A DNA stretch of 62,894 nt, filler included, from an uncultured Methanosarcinales archaeon (GTDB lineage: Archaea; Nanobdellota; Nanobdellia; Woesearchaeales; JAGLXL01), in NCBI GenBank assembly GCA_964472345.1. It is 21 parts of 21 records of this genome, joined end to end, with 100 filler letters (N's around TTAATTAATTAA, not from the genome) between each part and the next. Parts side by side here need not be neighbours in the genome. Positions count along the whole stretch, not along the records: positions 1 to 3,871 come from CAYYLB010000090.1; positions 3,972 to 7,660 come from CAYYLB010000091.1; positions 7,761 to 11,380 come from CAYYLB010000092.1; 18 more parts are not named here. The stretch is one strand, 5' to 3'. The translations under genes were made by a program, and so were the position numbers. Under the pieces are notes generated by a model. The model was not told the DNA's origin and did not search any database. It worked only from the letters and a program-made list of their open reading frames with translations. This document shows positions 1-9,831 of this stretch, piece after piece; the first letter of the stretch is position 1; each line of letters starts with the position of its first letter.

Positions 1-226
1 TTACGACGGGAAGCGGCGCGAATGTTGCCGGAGTCTGGTAGTGGGGCTGGTTCTGCACCGCTGCCGCCTGCTTTCTCTCCCTGATCTTCCGCACGGCCGC
101 TTTCCCTCCGTGATACACTCCTTTCGAGGCAACCTTGGCAAGCCACCAGCTGCCCCTGCCGAGGCCGCGGAAGGTCGATTTGGTCATGCGCCAGGCCCAG
201 TGATTTCTTTTGTTTCTTTTTGCCAC
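1..226 (-). CDS. Hypothetical basic protein, 5' part (runs off window edge)
   Basis: GTG at 226 opens MAKRNKRNHWAWRMTKSTFRGLG... with no stop to position 1; TATA-like CTATAAATA about 25 nt upstream. Not in the ORF track. Confidence 0.5.
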   Translation of the reverse strand, partial: MAKRNKRNHWAWRMTKSTFRGLGRGSWWLAKVASKGVYHGGKAAVRKIRERKQAAAVQNQPHYQTPATFAPLPVV

Positions 227-280
227 AGCAAAGAAAAAATGGCGAGGTATTTATAGGTTTAGGAAAAAATAAGAAAGGAA

Positions 281-2101
281 TTACTGATTGCGAAGAAGGA
301 TTTGCGCCAGCCCCTCTAGTTGTTGCAACTTGTTCTTAACCCTCTGTTCTGCCAAAGGTCGGGTCGTGGGGTCGTCAACGACCTTCTGCCGCAAGGCATC
401 AACAAACTCATCCCACTGCTTGCGGATGTCAGGCATTGTCCGGAGGACTACGCCAGCGTTTGGAGGGGCAGTCGATGGTACGATGTCCCCACCTATTTTC
501 GTAAGCGCTGCCTGCAGTTCCGTGCTTGTCATTCTGACTCTGGAGGTCGGTTCATTCCCGCAAATAAGTTTTGAGCCCTCGACGCGACCCGGTCGGCCTT
601 GCGGAACGTCGTCAGCCGCCCCCGCAACATTCCCACTCGTCCCGCCGCCGCGCCCCGAGCCGGAGCCGCTGCCTGCTCCCGAGCCAGCGCCGCCGGCGTC
701 TCCTGAGCTTCCGCCTTTGCCGGGCTTTGGACCCTTTGCCTTCTTGCCGGCGGCAGCTGTACGTGGAAGATCGCCGGTGTTGTCTGCCGCGGCGGCCGCG
801 CGCCCAAGGTCACCGGTGCCATCGGCGGCATTGACTGCACGCCCAACATCACCGGCAGCGTCGGCTCCTTCAGCAAGATGGACTGCCGCGCGGATCCGCT
901 TCGTTTCCAGCGCCGCGGCTGCCAGCGTCCAGGCGCTCTTGCCGAGAAGGATTGACGCCTTGAGCGCGATGACTTCCGGCTGGATGACCGCAAATGCGAC
1001 CTCGGTCGCCAGCTGCGTCGCGGTCTCAACCTTCAGCTCATCATAGCGCTGCTGCAACCTGGCTGCTTCCAGTGCTCCGGCATCCCACGCAATCGGCAGC
1101 GAGAGAATCTGGCCGGTATTCTTGTGCATGCCGATGACAAGAGCGTAGGAGTTCGTGATGTCGTCCAGCAGAAGCTGCACCGCCGGGTCATCCTTATCAA
1201 GGATGCAGGCGCGCACCAAATCCCTGATGTACAGCTCCGCGAAGGCCAGCCCCTGAAGAGCGTCGTCATACGCCTGCTCCGCCCGGGTGAACTCCGTCTC
1301 GAGGATGGCGTTGGCCATGGCATCCGCCTTCTGCCGGAGCATCTCATCGGAAATCCGCTCAATGATCTTCTCTGCATCGAGCGTTTCGTCGGCGAGAATC
1401 TCATCGGCCAATGCAGCGATAAACTCATCGGATGGCGCGTAACGGCCGTTCTCCACGCGGCCTACTTTCTCCATCGCACGCGCCTTTGCGTTGTTCGCAT
1501 CCGCGACGCGCGCCGCGACGTAGTCCAGCGCCTGGCGCGCGGGCTCAAGGTATGCGCTGATGTCGCCCTGGCAGGTAAGCGTGCAGAGCTGCTTCCGCGC
1601 GAAAACCTCGCCAGTCGCCGGGCTCATCAATGCAATAAAATCATCTGCCGGCTGGAGCGTCCCGAAGAACGTCTCCCAGTCAGGGCTGCGTGGCTGCTCT
1701 CCCTCGCCGAGCTGGACATCCTGCTGCGTTCCCGGAATCGGCTCAAGCTCATCCGGATCGGGCAGCCCCGAGCCCGCGCCTGCATCAGCATCCGTTGAGC
1801 CGGAGGCGTCCGCAGGCGTCCCGCCGGCACCGGCCTGCTCTTCTGAGCCTGCCCCTGATTCTGAAGAAGCTCCGTCCGCGCCACCGGCACCACCAGCTCC
1901 TGCGCCGAAGGCGACGCCGACTCCGGTGGCTGCTCCCACGCCTACATCCTGGGATGATGGCCCGCCCTCTTCTGAGTCAAGGACGACGGGCACCACCACT
2001 TCACCTGTGCTCTGCGCGGAGGCGACGGTGGATACAATCAAAACAGAGAGGATAAAAAATACTGAGAGTTTCCTTGCGAGCATTGACATTAGTTGCATCA
2101 T
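281..2101 (-). CDS. Secreted hypothetical protein, paralog 1 (signal peptide, acidic Gly-rich linker, helical core, variable C-terminus)
   Basis: 606 aa ORF; hydrophobic N-terminus ending ASA|Q; shares segments with 2163..3871. Confidence 0.75.
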   Translation of the reverse strand: MMQLMSMLARKLSVFFILSVLIVSTVASAQSTGEVVVPVVLDSEEGGPSSQDVGVGAATGVGVAFGAGAGGAGGADGASSESGAGSEEQAGAGGTPADASGSTDADAGAGSGLPDPDELEPIPGTQQDVQLGEGEQPRSPDWETFFGTLQPADDFIALMSPATGEVFARKQLCTLTCQGDISAYLEPARQALDYVAARVADANNAKARAMEKVGRVENGRYAPSDEFIAALADEILADETLDAEKIIERISDEMLRQKADAMANAILETEFTRAEQAYDDALQGLAFAELYIRDLVRACILDKDDPAVQLLLDDITNSYALVIGMHKNTGQILSLPIAWDAGALEAARLQQRYDELKVETATQLATEVAFAVIQPEVIALKASILLGKSAWTLAAAALETKRIRAAVHLAEGADAAGDVGRAVNAADGTGDLGRAAAAADNTGDLPRTAAAGKKAKGPKPGKGGSSGDAGGAGSGAGSGSGSGRGGGTSGNVAGAADDVPQGRPGRVEGSKLICGNEPTSRVRMTSTELQAALTKIGGDIVPSTAPPNAGVVLRTMPDIRKQWDEFVDALRQKVVDDPTTRPLAEQRVKNKLQQLEGLAQILLRNQ

Positions 2102-2162
2102 GGTGCGACCTCCCTCTTACATTGATTATTATCCCGTTTCTGCTGGTTGCGGTGTTCCATCA

Positions 2163-3871
2163 TCAATCTCCATAAAGCCCGACCAGCCGTTGGTAAACGT
2201 CCTTGACGAATGGGCTTACGGAAGCCGATTCGGCACTCCCAAATTTTACTCTTAATACTGTCTTCGCGTCATCGAGTGATACAATGCCATTCTGGACGAG
2301 TTCCTCGAGCGCAGAGAACCACGCAACAGCCTGATCAGTGCCAAGTGGGTCAGTGATACCTGTATCGTGACTGGCGATTCTGGCAACGTCTGTCTCACAG
2401 ACTTTAACTGTGTCATATCTTCTANNNNNNNNNNCATCTTTAAAGAACTTCTCGGCTTCAGCAAGGTCTTCGGGCGAGGGCATCGTCCGAGGCAGGTCAT
2501 CAAAAGCTTCAAGTAGTTCTTTATCGGGACCAAAGATACCCTTCAAAAGCCTTCGCGCCGCCTTGTCGTCATCAGGCAACTCGCCGCCAGTCCCGCCGCT
2601 TCTTATATCATCACCGGAACCGCCGCCGGCGCTCCGTCCACTCCCGCGTCCGGCGTCGTCAGCGCCACTGCCGCCAGAGCCAGCCCCACGGCCGCGCCCT
2701 GCGCCCGATGCGCCGCTTCCGGCGTTATCCGCCGAAGCAGCCGCCCCCGATCCACGCCCGCCCGCCCGTGCAACGTCGTCAACACCCCGTGAGGCATCAT
2801 CCGCCAACCCAAAGCCTGCGCGTACGCCGGCGGCCGCTCCAACTCCTGCCCCCAGTGCAAGGCGTGCATCAGCAAATGTTCGATAAACCCACATAAGGCC
2901 TTTGAAGACATATGTTTCCGGCGCGAGCACGCTCAGCACGACGGTCTCCGTCACCGTTGCAGAAAACTCATCGACACCCTGCTCGTAGGACTCCTGGAGC
3001 TGCTGCGTTTCGATTCTTCCGGCGATGAATTCGTCGAGCGTGTGCAGATGCCGTCCAACCACTTCATGCAGTGCCGGAATCGCCGTGCCTCCAAGCGCAG
3101 CAAGCCGCTCAATCAGTTCGTTAGCTTCATCCTCATACTCGCACAGCACGCCTGCATCCCGCAGTAGCTTCAGCACCGCGAGGGAAAACATATAGTGCTG
3201 CTGGGCCATTGCCAGATGCGCGCCAGCCGCAGAAAGGTGGCCTTCCCAATCCCTTGCGGCCCTGGCAAGCGCAGACCGCACCGCTTCGGCGGCATTCGCA
3301 TCCTGCCCTGTCTGCTGATGGAGGATATCGACGGCAGCAGCATCCTGCGCAGCGGAATCCATCTGCGGCATCCCGCGCTCATTCAGGCGGTGGCTTGCCT
3401 TCTGGATATACTGGCTAATCTCATACCAGCCGGAATCGAGCTCTTCGTAGGCAAATCCAATATGATTTCTGACCATCTCCAGCATGCGCTGCACGTCCTC
3501 ATCACAGGTGCAGATGCGGTCCTTGCGCAGCACCTCGCTGGTGCCGGGAACAGAAATCTCTGTCACATCGTCAATCGCATCAGTCTGCTCGAGCCACTGC
3601 CGGACAAGCTCCTCATCATTGTTGATGCTTGGCTCTTCGCGGGACCTGCCTGCGCCAATTCCTCCCGCGCTGCCGCTAGGATCAGAGCCAAGGCCGGCGC
3701 CTTCGGAATCGGAGCTTCCAGCAGAATCGGGGCCATCGGCATTATTCCCAGCAGCAGCATCTTCATTGCCCGTGGCAAGCGCAACCGCAACGCCATTAGC
3801 GGCACCGACGCCTGGGGCAGCCGGCTGCGCGAACGCGACCGGCACCAGCAAAAAAAGCACGATGGTGAACA
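2163..3871 (-). CDS. Secreted hypothetical protein, paralog 2 (5' truncated by contig edge; 10-N gap inside)
   Basis: Signal-like ...LFLLVPVAFA|Q; DDVTEISVPGTSEVLRKDRICTC matches DDFIALMSPATGEVFARKQLCTLTC of paralog 1. Confidence 0.75.
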
Positions 3872-3971
3872 NNNNNNNNNNNNNNNNNNNNNNNNNNNNN
3901 NNNNNNNNNNNNNNNTTAATTAATTAANNNNNNNNNNNNNNNNNNNNNNNNNNNNNNNNNNNNNNNNNNNN
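3872..3971. other. Artificial contig linker (N-TTAATTAATTAA-N). Same linker at 7661, 11381, 15054, 18608, 21928, 25122, 28309, 31476, 34527, 37434, 40317, 43158, 45982, 48599, 51125, 53605, 56006, 58406, 60687; plain 100-N gap at 17397
   Basis: Identical 100-nt spacers with a six-frame stop core; genes are truncated at them. Confidence 0.98.
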
Positions 3972-3975
3972 ATGC

Positions 3976-4533
3976 CTACGGCGCCGGCTTCCCGCCAAGG
4001 AACGCGATGGCGAAGACGGCGATGGCGAAGACCAGCAGCACACCGAGCAGCTGCGGGCTGAAGAGGGTGCTGAAGACATTCTCCTGGAACCCACTCCCAC
4101 TGTCCCCTTCGGAGGTGGCATTGCCGCCGGCAGTTGCCTGCAGCGCACTCTCGCCGAAGACGTTGAATATCCCCGCAAGCAGGATGATGACGCCCACGGC
4201 GACGAGCACCCAGTTGATCGTGCGGTCATGCTGCACATACTCAAGGATGTTCTCCTCCGAATAGCCAAAGAGGCGGTACGCCAGCAGCAGCAGGATGAGG
4301 AAGATGAAGAGGAGCACGAACCATGGCGAGATGAACTCCACCAGGCTGATGATGTCGGGGTAGACCAGGGTCAGCAGGCCGAGCGCGATCGCGACAATCC
4401 ACTGGATGACTTTGCTCTCGCCGAGGATGCGCGTCTTGTTCAGGATCGCGAACACCACCGCGAACACCAGCAGCGCTGCAAAGAGCGCAGAGAAGAAGTT
4501 CAGGATGCTCAGCGTCTCAAGGAATGTTGCCAT
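3976..4533 (-). CDS. Multi-pass membrane protein, tandem paralog 3
   Basis: LLVFAVVFAILNKTRILG motif shared with the two neighbours. Confidence 0.85.
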   Translation of the reverse strand: MATFLETLSILNFFSALFAALLVFAVVFAILNKTRILGESKVIQWIVAIALGLLTLVYPDIISLVEFISPWFVLLFIFLILLLLAYRLFGYSEENILEYVQHDRTINWVLVAVGVIILLAGIFNVFGESALQATAGGNATSEGDSGSGFQENVFSTLFSPQLLGVLLVFAIAVFAIAFLGGKPAP

Positions 4534-4534
4534 C

Positions 4535-5119
4535 TTATCGGGTCAGGAAGCGCAGCCCGCGCTCGAGGAGCTTTTCCCCGTGGTGCTTCGGCGGCTCGCT
4601 GATGATCCACCAAAAGACGAGCCCGAAGACGAGGATGATCACGATGAGTGTCGAGAGGTCCGAGCCCCACCAGCCGCCGAAGGATTGGCCGGGAGCCTGC
4701 CACCAGCCGACGGTCGCGCCGAAGAGGTACCCCAGGACGAGCAGGATGGCGACCGCGATCCATCCCGGCGTGCCGCCGCCGACAAACTCTTTTCCGAACA
4801 TTCCGAAGAGGAACAGGATGAGGATGATCGCGACCGCAAGCACGCCCGCTCCGGGGATCAGGGTGTTGATGATGCGCACCGGATCGTAATTCGAGGGGAA
4901 TGCGCCGGTCATGTGCGGCACCACCGTCAGGATGGAGATGATGAGCGAAATCATGACGTTGACGTTCTTGGCGTGCTCGCCGAACAGCTTGATGCGCTGC
5001 AGGACCGCGAAGATGATGGTGAAGATGAGCAGGAATGGCAGCACGACATCAGCGATGCCGCTCAGCTCGATGCTCTGCCCGAGCGATGCAAGCGATCCGC
5101 CGGCGGTGTGGAATGTCAT
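4535..5119 (-). CDS. Multi-pass membrane protein, tandem paralog 2
   Basis: VLPFLLIFTIIFAVLQRIKLFG motif; several TM helices. Confidence 0.85.
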   Translation of the reverse strand: MTFHTAGGSLASLGQSIELSGIADVVLPFLLIFTIIFAVLQRIKLFGEHAKNVNVMISLIISILTVVPHMTGAFPSNYDPVRIINTLIPGAGVLAVAIILILFLFGMFGKEFVGGGTPGWIAVAILLVLGYLFGATVGWWQAPGQSFGGWWGSDLSTLIVIILVFGLVFWWIISEPPKHHGEKLLERGLRFLTR

Positions 5120-5122
5120 GGT

Positions 5123-5695
5123 TCAGTGCTCCTTCTTCGCTTTTTCTTCATGCGGGTGCGGCCTGCTGTCCTTGGTGACAAACCACATGAACAGGAGGAC
5201 GATGGCAAGCAGCACGACGGTCGCGACCCAGTCGAACTGCTCGCTGAGCAGGATGAACCCGATCACGGTTTGCAGCCAGCCCAGCGCATCGAGGAATATC
5301 AGCACGATCGCGAGGAAGACGATCACGATGAAGAAGCGCGCCCAGCCGGGGTGCTTCTCGAGCGTCGCTTCGCCCGTGCCATAGAAGATGCCCACCAGCA
5401 TGATGAACGAGATGACAAGGATCAGCAGCAGGACGACATTCGCGACGGCCGTGTTGATGGCGCGGACGAGCGTCGTGCTCGCGACCACGAGGAATGAGAT
5501 GACAAACGCCGCAATCGCATTGAGGTTCTTCTTGGTGTACTCCTTGTTCTCGACCTTCTCGACGCCGAGGATGCGCGTCTTCTCAAGGATGGCGAAGACG
5601 ATGGTGAAGACCAGCAGGAACGGCAGGACGATTTCATACACGCCCAGCCGCTGGAGAAACTGTATCGCTCCGCCAAAGACTGTGGGTTCCGCCAT
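5123..5695 (-). CDS. Multi-pass membrane protein, tandem paralog 1
   Basis: VLPFLLVFTIVFAILEKTRILG motif; GAGG SD upstream. Confidence 0.85.
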   Translation of the reverse strand: MAEPTVFGGAIQFLQRLGVYEIVLPFLLVFTIVFAILEKTRILGVEKVENKEYTKKNLNAIAAFVISFLVVASTTLVRAINTAVANVVLLLILVISFIMLVGIFYGTGEATLEKHPGWARFFIVIVFLAIVLIFLDALGWLQTVIGFILLSEQFDWVATVVLLAIVLLFMWFVTKDSRPHPHEEKAKKEH

Positions 5696-5848
5696 CGCTT
5701 CCTCTTTTTAAGGGATGGTTTCTCTAAATTCTTGTCCTTTATAAAGGTTACTTCGGCGTTGGGGTTGGGGTTATAGCGAAATGCGCCGCGGCTTTCCGCA
5801 CGTCAGCCTTCCCTCTCATTTATATACCCCAGCATACACACCCCCCTT

Positions 5849-6436
5849 ATGGCCGTCAACAAGGCAGACATCGCCGCGATGCGCGAGGCGCTGCAGGCAT
5901 ATGACGAGCAGCGCGAGCTGCTGATCAAGAAGAGCAGGGACGTGCTGAAGCTGAGCAAGCAGGTGATCTACGCGGTGCACCGCGATGAGCTTGCCGCTGC
6001 GGAGAAGCTGAGCGCGCAGATCCGGAAGGAAAAAGAGGCGCTGGAGAAGATCGCCCAGCACGACCTTTCGCTTGAGGATGAGGGCAGCTACCGGGTCGCG
6101 CTGCAGGAGTATGCCGAGGCGCTGCTGTACTTCTCATTCATCAGGAACAAGAAGCTTGCGGCGCGGAAAGAGCTGGGCATAGAGCCGCTGCACTACGTTC
6201 TTGGATTATGCGACCTGCCGGGCGAGCTGGTGCGGAAAGCGGTGTTCCTCGCGGGCAAGGGGCGCTTCGATGAGGTGGTTGCCATCCGCGACCTCGTCGA
6301 TGAGCTGTACGGCGAGCTGCTCGCCTTCGATTTCCGGGACAATGACATCCGGCGGAAGTTCGACGCGGTGAAGTACGACCTGCGGAAGCTGGAAGATCTT
6401 GTGCTTGATCTGAAGCTCAAAGGGAGGATGGCATGA
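5849..6436 (+). CDS. Translin/TRAX family protein (archaeal C3PO-like RNase)
   Basis: RELLIKKSRD..KLSKQVIYAVH, QEYAEA and YVLGLCDLPGELVR motifs; TTTATATA upstream. Confidence 0.9.
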   Translation: MAVNKADIAAMREALQAYDEQRELLIKKSRDVLKLSKQVIYAVHRDELAAAEKLSAQIRKEKEALEKIAQHDLSLEDEGSYRVALQEYAEALLYFSFIRNKKLAARKELGIEPLHYVLGLCDLPGELVRKAVFLAGKGRFDEVVAIRDLVDELYGELLAFDFRDNDIRRKFDAVKYDLRKLEDLVLDLKLKGRMA

Positions 6437-6663
6437 CCGGGAATGCGGCGATCGCAAAGCAGGCGAAGGCCATCATGGACAGCTTCACGCATGCGCTCGA
6501 TGCTGCAGGGAAGCAGGAGCCTGACTTTGAGGTGCGGCGCGGGCAGAACATCCGCGGCGCAGCGGCAACGCTTCCCCTGAATGAAGATTTCAGCGAACGG
6601 ATGCTGCGAAACGCTCCTGGCGTCAGGGATGGCTGCGTCGTTGCAGAGAAGAAGAAGTGGTAG
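6433..6663 (+). CDS. gatC: Asp-tRNA(Asn)/Glu-tRNA(Gln) amidotransferase subunit C, archaeal type
   Basis: 76 aa; AKAIMDSF and C-terminal FSERMLRNAP..RDGCVVAEKKKW typical of archaeal GatC. Confidence 0.7.
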   Translation: MTGNAAIAKQAKAIMDSFTHALDAAGKQEPDFEVRRGQNIRGAAATLPLNEDFSERMLRNAPGVRDGCVVAEKKKW

Positions 6664-6665
6664 CG

Positions 6666-7256
6666 ATGGCGGCTGCTGATAAAACTCCTGATCGTGCGCT
6701 TGCGAACTTCTTCTACGAGGCGGGGCAGCTCAAGCGCGTCAGGCGCAGCGGCTGGTGGACCATCAATATCAAGGATCCTGAAAGCGTCGCTGAGCACAGC
6801 TTCCGTGCGGCGGTGATTGGCCATGCGCTTGCGAGGCTGGAGAATGCAGATGCGGCGCGCGTCACGCTGATGTGCGTGTTCAACGACTTCCACGAGGCGC
6901 GGCTCAATGACCTGCACAAGGTCGGCCACCGCTACATCGATTTCAAGGAGGCAGAGACGAGAGCGCACCGCGAGCAGATGGAGCCTCTCGGCATGCTTGG
7001 AAAAGAGCTTTTCGCGCTGCATGAGGAATTCCAGCAGCAGAAGACGAAGGAATCGCTCGTCGCGCGCGACGCCGATCTGCTCGAAGGGCTCGTGCAGGCG
7101 CGCGAGTACCAGAAGACAGGCTATGCGGATGCGCAGAACTGGATCGACAACATCAGGAAGATTCTGGTGACACCTTCTGCAAAAAGGCTCGCTGCAGCGC
7201 TCGAGCAGGCCGATCCGAACGACTGGTGGCGCGGGCTGAAGAAGAGCGAGCGGTGA
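6666..7256 (+). CDS. HD-domain 5'-deoxynucleotidase-like hydrolase (YfbR/HDDC2 family)
   Basis: LKRVRRSGW, ESVAEHSFR, NDFHEARLND (H of HD replaced by N), ARDADLLE. Confidence 0.85.
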   Translation: MAAADKTPDRALANFFYEAGQLKRVRRSGWWTINIKDPESVAEHSFRAAVIGHALARLENADAARVTLMCVFNDFHEARLNDLHKVGHRYIDFKEAETRAHREQMEPLGMLGKELFALHEEFQQQKTKESLVARDADLLEGLVQAREYQKTGYADAQNWIDNIRKILVTPSAKRLAAALEQADPNDWWRGLKKSER

Positions 7257-7543
7257 TGGCTACGGTTCGCTCTGTCGGCGCCGTCATCATGCGCAACGGC
7301 AGGTACCTGCTCGTCGAGCGGAAGAACCCGCCGCTGGGCTTTGCCGGTGTCGCAGGGCACGTGGAAGACGGGCAGCCGGCTGAGGACGCGCTGCGCGCCG
7401 AGGTGGCGGAGGAGAGCGGGCTGCGGATCGTTTCATTCCAAGAGCTTTTCGAGGAGTTTCTTTCCTTTGATCAGTGCCGGCACCACCGGCAGGGCCATTT
7501 CTGGACGGTGTTTTCTGTGACGGGGGCACTTGCTGAACTATGA
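7256..7543 (+). CDS. NUDIX hydrolase (C-terminus possibly frameshifted; see findings)
   Basis: Nudix box GHVEDGQPAEDALRAEVAEESG. Confidence 0.8.
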   Translation: MATVRSVGAVIMRNGRYLLVERKNPPLGFAGVAGHVEDGQPAEDALRAEVAEESGLRIVSFQELFEEFLSFDQCRHHRQGHFWTVFSVTGALAEL

Positions 7544-7760
7544 CGACTGGAAAGCGCTGAAGCTGAAATTTGAGCTGCACGTCAGCGCGGTGAAGAAAGA
7601 GATCGAGAAGAAGCTGAAAGAATAAGCTAAGCTGCCGCAGGCGCCCCCGCAGCGGAAAACNNNNNNNNNNNNNNNNNNNNNNNNNNNNNNNNNNNNNNNN
7701 NNNNTTAATTAATTAANNNNNNNNNNNNNNNNNNNNNNNNNNNNNNNNNNNNNNNNNNNN

Positions 7761-8004
7761 CAATCGCCTCGTCACGGAAAAGGTTTTGGGGGGCGGGTAC
7801 TAACTTTAGGGGGTTAATGATGCGCTGAGCACGATACGCGATATCAAGGTCACTTAATGGGCCTGTCTTGCCTGAAGCGTAGGATCCGAAGAGGTACATC
7901 AGCTCAATGTGAAACTGCTGGCAAAGCGCCGCAATTTTTGATCCGAGACCAGGAAGAGTGAGCGGATTGATATTTCGTGTCTTGAGCGTCCGATTCAGCA
8001 GCAT
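7761..8004 (-). CDS. Minimal nucleotidyltransferase (MNT antitoxin-like), partial
   Basis: YLFGSYASGKTGPLSDLDIA (GS...DxD). Confidence 0.8.
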
Positions 8005-8108
8005 ANNNNNNNNNNTTCTTCTTTTGTCTCTTCTGTTTTTTTTGAGTTGTTGCTTCTGGCAAGGCTGGCTCCAAAAGGCTTATAGAAGACCCTGTTTTCC
8101 CGCAAGAG

Positions 8109-9521
8109 ATGGAAAGAAGAATCGTTCTCTTTTTCATCGGCATTGCGCTCGTTCAGCTGCTTCTGGGAGTGGGCAGCCAGTGGCCTGCGACGCTCACGCC
8201 TGACGCTGCGATGCATGCCGAGATCGTTGAGCTTGTGCGGCAGCAGGGCTACCCGCGCACCTGGGAGCCGTACGCCAAGACCAGCTTCACCTATCCGCCG
8301 CTGTTCCACTGGCTTGCTGCGACGCTGCCGCTTGATGCGATTGACGCAGTCCGGGCGCTTGGGCTTGTGGTGTGGCTGCTGTTCCCTATTGCGATGTATT
8401 TCCTTGTCGCGACGTACAGCCGAAGGGCTGCGCCTGTTGCTGCTGCATTCATCAGTCTCGTCCCGTCGTTCTCGACCATCTTTATCTATGGCGAATTTCC
8501 GCAGCTGCTGGCGATGCTCCTGCTTGTGCTCCAATGGATGTTTTTGCGCCGTGGGAAGCTGCTTGCCGCAAGCGTTTTTGCCGGGCTTGTGGTGCTGAGC
8601 CATCCGTTCGTGGCGCTCGCTGCGGCCGCGTTGCAGGCTTTTTTTGTGGTGCAGAAGGTACGGGCGCAGCACCGGGGGAATTACGCGGCACGGAACGCCC
8701 TTTTGTCGCTTTTCGTGATTCCGCTCGTGGCAAGCCTCTGGATGCCGGCGTATGCGCAGATTGCGCGGAACGCGCTTGCCGGGGAGTGGGAAAATGCCGC
8801 CTACAATGCCATGCAGCCCGTGTTCGGGTTCTGGAGCTTCGGGCAGATTGCCGGCTTCCTGTTCGGGATGAGCGGCCTGACGGTGCTGATCATGCTGCTT
8901 GCGCTTGCGGGGTTTTTCGCAGTGAGGGATCGGGTGCTGCGCGGCTTCTTCGCCGTCTGCGCGGCGTTCACCGTCTTCCACCTGCCATTCACGCAGCTCA
9001 AGATCCTCGACCTGCTGGCGCTGCCTGCGGTGGCGCTTGCAGCGCTTGGCCTGGTGCGGCTTGGGGGGAAGCGGTGGAAGCTTGCTGCGGGCATCGCCAT
9101 CGTGGCGCTTCTGGCTGTTCAGGTTGAGCATTTCGGGAGGGCGCGCGCTGACTGGTTCAACCCCGAAATTGCGCCGGGCGCTGAGCTGATTGATGCAGCG
9201 GGGTGGCTGGGAGAGTTCGACCGGCGAGGGGTTAGGATTTACGCGCATGAGGCGTCGGCGTGGGCTGGTGTGCTGGCAGGAAAGCTGCCGCTGGATCCGG
9301 ACGTTTCGTTCATCGAGGCGTTTTCCGACGATTATAAGAACCAGCTTGCGGCGCAAGAGGAGATCCGGCTGAGGCTGGAAGCGGGGGAGGATGCGCGGGA
9401 GCTGCTGGAGAAGCATGATATCCGGTATCTGCTGGTGCCGAAGCGCATTGCGACGGGGCTTGCGCTGCTGTATGCGAACAGCGAGTGGGGAGTGTATCGG
9501 TCGGGCGACCGGGCAGGCTGA
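8109..9521 (+). CDS. Polytopic membrane protein, GT-C-like glycosyltransferase (PMT/ArnT-like)
   Basis: PDAAMH and YPPLFHWL in the first loop, many TM helices, soluble C-terminal domain. Confidence 0.65.
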   Translation: MERRIVLFFIGIALVQLLLGVGSQWPATLTPDAAMHAEIVELVRQQGYPRTWEPYAKTSFTYPPLFHWLAATLPLDAIDAVRALGLVVWLLFPIAMYFLVATYSRRAAPVAAAFISLVPSFSTIFIYGEFPQLLAMLLLVLQWMFLRRGKLLAASVFAGLVVLSHPFVALAAAALQAFFVVQKVRAQHRGNYAARNALLSLFVIPLVASLWMPAYAQIARNALAGEWENAAYNAMQPVFGFWSFGQIAGFLFGMSGLTVLIMLLALAGFFAVRDRVLRGFFAVCAAFTVFHLPFTQLKILDLLALPAVALAALGLVRLGGKRWKLAAGIAIVALLAVQVEHFGRARADWFNPEIAPGAELIDAAGWLGEFDRRGVRIYAHEASAWAGVLAGKLPLDPDVSFIEAFSDDYKNQLAAQEEIRLRLEAGEDARELLEKHDIRYLLVPKRIATGLALLYANSEWGVYRSGDRAG

Positions 9522-9525
9522 ACCG

Positions 9526-9831
9526 CTATGCCCTTAATTTCTTCACAAACTCCTCGGCGATGAGTCTTTTCTTCCCTTGAGCAAGCTCAAAAAGCTTCTT
9601 CTTCACCATTCTCTCCGATATCGTAAAAAGGTAATTGAGCTTGATGACGCTGTCCTTTACTGCGCCTTCCTTTTTCGTGAGCGGAATCCCCCTCATTTCA
9701 ACATTGCTGGTGACGCCCGCTACCACGATATTGCCGTATTCTTCGAAAAGCACGACCGATGGCCTTGTTTTTACCTCAAACGTGTCGGTGAACTGTACCG
9801 TTGCCAGGATAACGTCACCAAATTTATACAC
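9526..9831 (-). CDS. PemK/MazF family toxin
   Basis: GTG start; YKFGDVILATVQFTDTFEVKTRPSVVL...VAGVTSN. Confidence 0.85.
   Translation of the reverse strand: MYKFGDVILATVQFTDTFEVKTRPSVVLFEEYGNIVVAGVTSNVEMRGIPLTKKEGAVKDSVIKLNYLFTISERMVKKKLFELAQGKKRLIAEEFVKKLRA

Noticed and set aside
3872..3971. Recurrent TTAATTAATTAA as a biological repeat or CRISPR
   Set aside because: Always centred in N runs; it is an artificial six-frame-stop linker. Gene neighbourhoods across linkers carry no meaning.
4406..5497. Long alternative-frame ORFs (363 aa here; also 7995-9416, 19742-21055 and others)
   Set aside because: Antisense shadows of well-supported GC-rich genes; no motifs.
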